A model generated the notes under the pieces. The model was not told the DNA's origin and ran no database searches. It was given only the letters and a program-made list of their open reading frames with translations. Shown piece after piece: positions 43,748 through 47,825 of a stretch of DNA of 47,825 bases. Position 1 is the stretch's first letter, and the number at the start of each line of letters is the position of its first letter. The stretch covers positions 1 through 47,825 of the forward strand of contig NW_025214637.1 in the NCBI RefSeq assembly GCF_004010195.1. The letters are read 5' to 3'. Source of the stretch: Chiloscyllium plagiosum (Eukaryota). The position numbers and the translations under genes are program-made.

Positions 43748-43879
43748 AAGTTTATATTTAGTGCCAGTTTAATAGCAGAAGCTGGGTGGACCTCTTCTGC
43801 ATGGTAGGCTTCCATTACACTAAGAATTGTTTCTGGGTGGCAGTTTGGGAAGTTAAACATCTTAATGAATTAAATCAAA

Positions 43880-44070
43880 GAGCTGGGAATACTGAAACAT
43901 TGAACCAAAACAGAACTACCTGGTGAAAATCAACAGGTAAGGCAACATCTGTGGAAAGAGAAACTGAGTTCCTATTTCTTTTTCAGAATCACTCTTCATC
44001 AGAAAAGATTCTTCTGAAGAAGGGTCTCTGGCCTCAAAACGTTAACTCGGTTTTCTCCCCATATAGGACC
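43880..44070. mobile_element. Degenerate inverted pseudo-LTR pair of a third Penelope-like family
   Basis: caacaggtaaggcaacatctgtggaaagagaaactgagtt…ctcttcatcagaa / ttctgaagaagggtc…aaacgttaactcggttttctcc. Confidence 0.6.
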
Positions 44071-44976
44071 ATATCATTGCCAACGAAAGATAAGGTTTAA
44101 TTCCGAAAGAGAATTTAAATACAAAGTTTTGATATTGATCTACCATGGAATATTTGTTAGAACGCACTAAGCAGCTCGGTGTGGTTCTGATCACTATTGC
44201 AGCAAAACATGCTTTGTTGCACGAAAGAAGATGCAATTGTTTGCCGAAATATGATTGAAAAAAGATGAAAAGAAATTGTTTCATTATTAAGGGCATAAAC
44301 CATTGTCTAAAGCTCTCTGTCATGATAACCTGAGGATCTGTTAACTTACTGAGTAGCTCATGGTTTGGAAAGGCAACAAATTCTTTATGGTATTTAGCAA
44401 GAGTTATAATTTGGCATGTGCATTGACTTAGCAAAGAATGCAAAACACAAATAGGAAAATATGTTGCTTTTATTTCATTCTCTGCATTCTTAATCAAATT
44501 CTTTTGGAATGTGACTGTTGATATTTTATGAATAAAGTACATAATGCAACATTAAAGAGCTATTTCAGGAGCGTTATTCCTGATTGGCGCTGCTCCAGAC
44601 TTTGTGTAATAAAACATTATATAATAAGAATTAGTCTGTCTGTTTCTCTCTACTGTATTCTCATCTTGTTGATGGCTATTAACATTTAAGCTGATAATCT
44701 CAATACCCAGCAGTTCATACAGAGACCGAGACAACATGATTTCACAGCAATTCTTTACAAAGGTATATTTTATAATGCGAATAGTTAAACAAGGTAAGTA
44801 GTAGATACCTAATAACACAATTCAAAAATTCTCATGTTCTAAACGTAGTTTATGTTTTCCTTCGCGTGAAAAATTGCTTTGTGGATTATAAAAATTATGA
44901 AGTTAAAGCATTTCTCTAGGTAGCCATAGCCATGGGGAATTCACTTGAACAATTCTCAGCTTTTATCTTTCCCACA

Positions 44977-45470
44977 GAATTACAGGAAAGTTATGACAGA
45001 GAAAGAGATCATTCAGCCCATCATATCTGCATCAGATACCTGTTATAGTCCTCCTTTCCAGCAGCTGTTCGACAGCCTTGAAGGTTCCTTCACTTCATTT
45101 GCAGATGTTGGCTCCCTTTAAATAATTTGCAAGTTGGCACCTTAGCTCTCCAAATTGAGCAGCGAATTTAAATCACAACACAACCTTTTGGAGAGAGGGG
45201 TTCTGGTCAACGGCCCTCTACGTTCGGGGTGACTGGTCTCATCCAATAGCTTTGTATTCCATACACATGTATCACGGGCAGCCTCAACCTCTTCTGTTCG
45301 AAAAGAAACAACACGAAACCTATTCGCCTTCCCTCAATGCAACAGTATTTTCCCTGTGCTGGGAACATTCCTGTCAATCTCCTCTGTACTTTCTTGCAGT
45401 ACAATTCTATCCTCGCCGTTCCACAGTGACATGAACTGTAGAGAAAACTGCAGCTGAGAGCTACTCAGTA
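44977..45470 (-). mobile_element. Old CR1-type LINE 3' fragment
   Basis: Minus ORF KKVQRRLTGMFP…LFEQKRLR; CR1-like tail near 45000-45030. Confidence 0.65.
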
Positions 45471-45709
45471 TCGTATGTCATTCCAGTGTTGCATGTTTGG
45501 CGGGGGGGGGGGCGAATTAGTTTTCGGTCTGTTGCAGGGTGAGCAGGCAGTAATTTTGGGAGAACTGATATGGAATTGCATCCCAGTATGGATGTCTGGT
45601 CGTGATTTGGGGCAGGTCATTGATCTGAAGGAGTTCACTCTGATCAAAGTGCGGGATCGGTGAATCAGTTACTCAGGAATTATACTGTGGGTTAACCCTG
45701 AAATCACCT

Positions 45710-46376
45710 CATGTAATTGCAGAATAAGTTAGATCTCACAGGATAGTGAAGAAGGCGTTTAGAATGCTTTCCTTTATTGGTCAGAGTATTGAGTATAGGA
45801 GTTGGGAGGTCAACTTGCGGCTGTAGAGGACATTGGTTCGCCACTGTTGGAATATTGCCTGCAATTCTTGTCTCCTTTCTATAGGAAAGATATTGTGAAA
45901 CTTCAAAGGGTTCAGAAAATATTTGCAAGGATGTTGTCAGAGTTGGAGGATTTGAGCTACAGGGAGAGGCTGAACAGGCTGGGGATGTTTTCCCTGGATC
46001 GTCGGAGGCTGAGGAGTGATCTTATAGATGTTTAGAAAATTATGAGGAGCATGGATCGGATAAACAGACAATGTCTTTTCCCTGGTGTCGAGGAGTTCAA
46101 AACTAGAGGGCATAGGTTTAGGGTGAGAAACGAAAGATATAAAAGAGATCTAAGGGGCAACCTAAGGGGTGGTACGTGTATGAAATGACATGGCAGAGGA
46201 TGTGGTGTAGGCTGGTACAATTGAAACATTTAAGAGACATTTGGATGGGTATATGAATAGGAAGGGTTTGGAGGGATACGGTCCGGGTGCTGGCAGGTGG
46301 GACGAGATTGGGTTGGAATATCTGATCAGCATGGACAGTTTGGACTGAAGGGTCTGTTTCCATGCTGTACATCTCT
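45710..46376 (+). mobile_element. CR1-clade LINE 3' fragment
   Basis: PLLEYCLQFLSPFYRKDIVKLQRVQKIFARML…LDRRRLRSDLI; tail gggtctgtttccatgctgtacatctct. Confidence 0.92.
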
Positions 46377-46874
46377 ATTGATGTGCTTCTGAGGCTTGAA
46401 AATCCCTGGTCAGCCCACATTTAGCGTACTGTGAGTAATCTGGGCCCCAGTACTCAGGATGGATGTATTGGCCCTGAATCGGGGCCACAACCTTATTTGT
46501 TCTTGTTTTAACGAAGTGATCTCCTGCTGTTTCTCCTTGTCTCCATTCTAAAGGATCTTCCCTTTACTGTAAGTCTATTCCCTCAGGTCCTAGTCTGTCT
46601 TGCCAATTGAAAATCTTCTCGATGCCCACTCTGTACAGGGCATTCAGTGATCAATTAGATACCCAGTCATCCTTCTAAACTCCAATGAATATTGTCCCAG
46701 AGTCCTCAAACATTTTTTAACATTAACTCTTTAATTCCTGCTATCACCTTTGTAAATCTCCTCTGGACCCGATTCAGGGCCAATACATCCATCCTGAATA
46801 CTGGGGACCAGATTACTCACAGTACGCTAAATGAGGGCTGACCAGGGATTTTCAAGCCTCAGAAGCACATCAAT
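46377..46874. repeat. 111-bp inverted duplication (46377-46487 / 46764-46874)
   Basis: By-eye alignment of arm 1 with the reverse complement of arm 2 shows 4 mismatches in 111 bp. Confidence 0.92.
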
Positions 46875-47085
46875 GCTTTTAATTTCTCGTCCCCTCGATT
46901 TGTATGACAGCATTGTATTTACCTTCTGAACTACAACTCAACCTACAAGTTTACCTTGAGAGAAAACTGGACTAAGAATTTGAAGTCCATTTTCACTTTT
47001 GTTTCTGAATTTTCTCCCGATTTTGAAAATTGTCTGTCTCTATCCTTCCTACCAAAGTGCATGACCTCACACCTGCCCCCCGTAA
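46490..47085 (-). mobile_element. Old CR1-type LINE RT C-terminal fragment
   Basis: Reverse complement gives CEVMHFGRKDR and SLVSPHLAYCE.SGPQYSG…GPESGPEEIYK-like CR1 segments. Confidence 0.75.
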
Positions 47086-47099
47086 TCCCTGTTTCTAAC

Positions 47100-47825
47100 A
47101 TTTGGTCAAATTACTTGCGGATTCCATCTTTAAACTAGAGCTACTAAATTCTTCCTGGAGCTAACACACAACTGAGCTTCAAAGTATTCAGCTTTAAATA
47201 TCTCTTCAGTCCTAAACCCTCTGGTCTGGGATGAACACAAACGTTTCCCTTATCCAATTTGGTAAATCTATCATTCCCTTCTCATGAACACAGATCTTTA
47301 CATCCATCCAAGGTCGACCAAGTACTAAAGGAATGACCCAAGATTGAAAGTGAATAAAAAAAGGTTTCTCAGTTGAGGTTGTTTTCCGTAACACCAGATT
47401 ATAGAATTCTCTATCACATCTTTGAGACTTCATTAGTATCAGACAGGGTGGCAAACTTTCGAAAACAAGTGAAAGTTTATTCGTGCATAAAGCCATTCAA
47501 TCTTCATTCAAGTTCGAAATGATTTTTTTTTAACTGCTGTGGTTAAAGAAATACCTGCTAATTATCTATTAACTTAAGATACTCAGAGAAGCCCAGCGGA
47601 TATTTACTCAATAAACAGTTCCAAATACATTCCAAATGTTACTGCACTTTCTACTGAAAAGTTCCATAGTTTAGATCACATGTAACCAACGTGAATGTTT
47701 TACTTCATTCCTTTGAAACTCTCTGTAGTTTATGATTAAAATGGAGATTTCCAGAAGATTGTAAAGGGAGAAGCATTGCACAGCTGAAAGTGCCACTTCT
47801 GTGGCAATTCCTGTGGAGTTTGCGA
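47100..47825 (+). pseudogene. Possible URGCP/very-large-inducible-GTPase (VLIG/GVIN)-like relic, running off the window
   Basis: Across frameshifts: FKLELL/KFFLELT, FSFKYLFSPKP, LSNLVNL…EHRS, IPLKLSVVYD.NGDFQKIV and AQLKVPLLWQFLWSLR. This recalls the URGCP/VLIG motif order LGLExYYPxKL…PWxFLxKL…R…HPLD…D.F.QQ…CQFALPLL…FxLWSLR. Judged by eye only. Confidence 0.3.

Noticed and set aside
44042..44818. Minus-strand ORFs of 166 and 88 aa (possible endogenous viral element or GPCR exon 1)
   Set aside because: No recognisable viral or GPCR N-terminal motif. The region is better explained, weakly, by a plus-strand relic, and a BLASTX search is needed to decide.

Overview
Eukaryotic, repeat-dense genomic DNA, almost certainly from an elasmobranch (shark/ray). 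This is inferred from multiple HE1-type (V-SINE) tRNA-derived SINEs with (AATCT)n tails and their partner CR1-clade LINEs. No intact protein-coding gene is visible. The window holds decayed CR1, Rex1/Babar-like and Tx1-like LINEs, and several Penelope-like elements (PLEs) with inverted pseudo-LTRs, 12-16 bp target-site duplications (TSDs) and minimal hammerhead-ribozyme motifs. There are two large satellite arrays (73-bp unit, 5.5-10.6 kb; 52-bp unit, 19.3-27.9 kb), remnants of a 70-bp satellite and a 37-bp minisatellite. Host-gene relics are a C2H2 zinc-finger pseudogene split by nested insertions, a GPR139/GPR142-like GPCR pseudogene and a possible URGCP/VLIG-like relic at the right edge. 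The most notable observation is that both big satellites begin where a CR1 LINE is truncated and both monomers carry a hairpin plus CR1-like sequence: the 73-mer ends in the CR1/SINE 3' recognition tail, and the 52-mer resembles the RT 'EVPEDWR' coding segment. All alignments were done by eye, and repeat boundaries are approximate (about +/-10-30 bp) unless a TSD is quoted.
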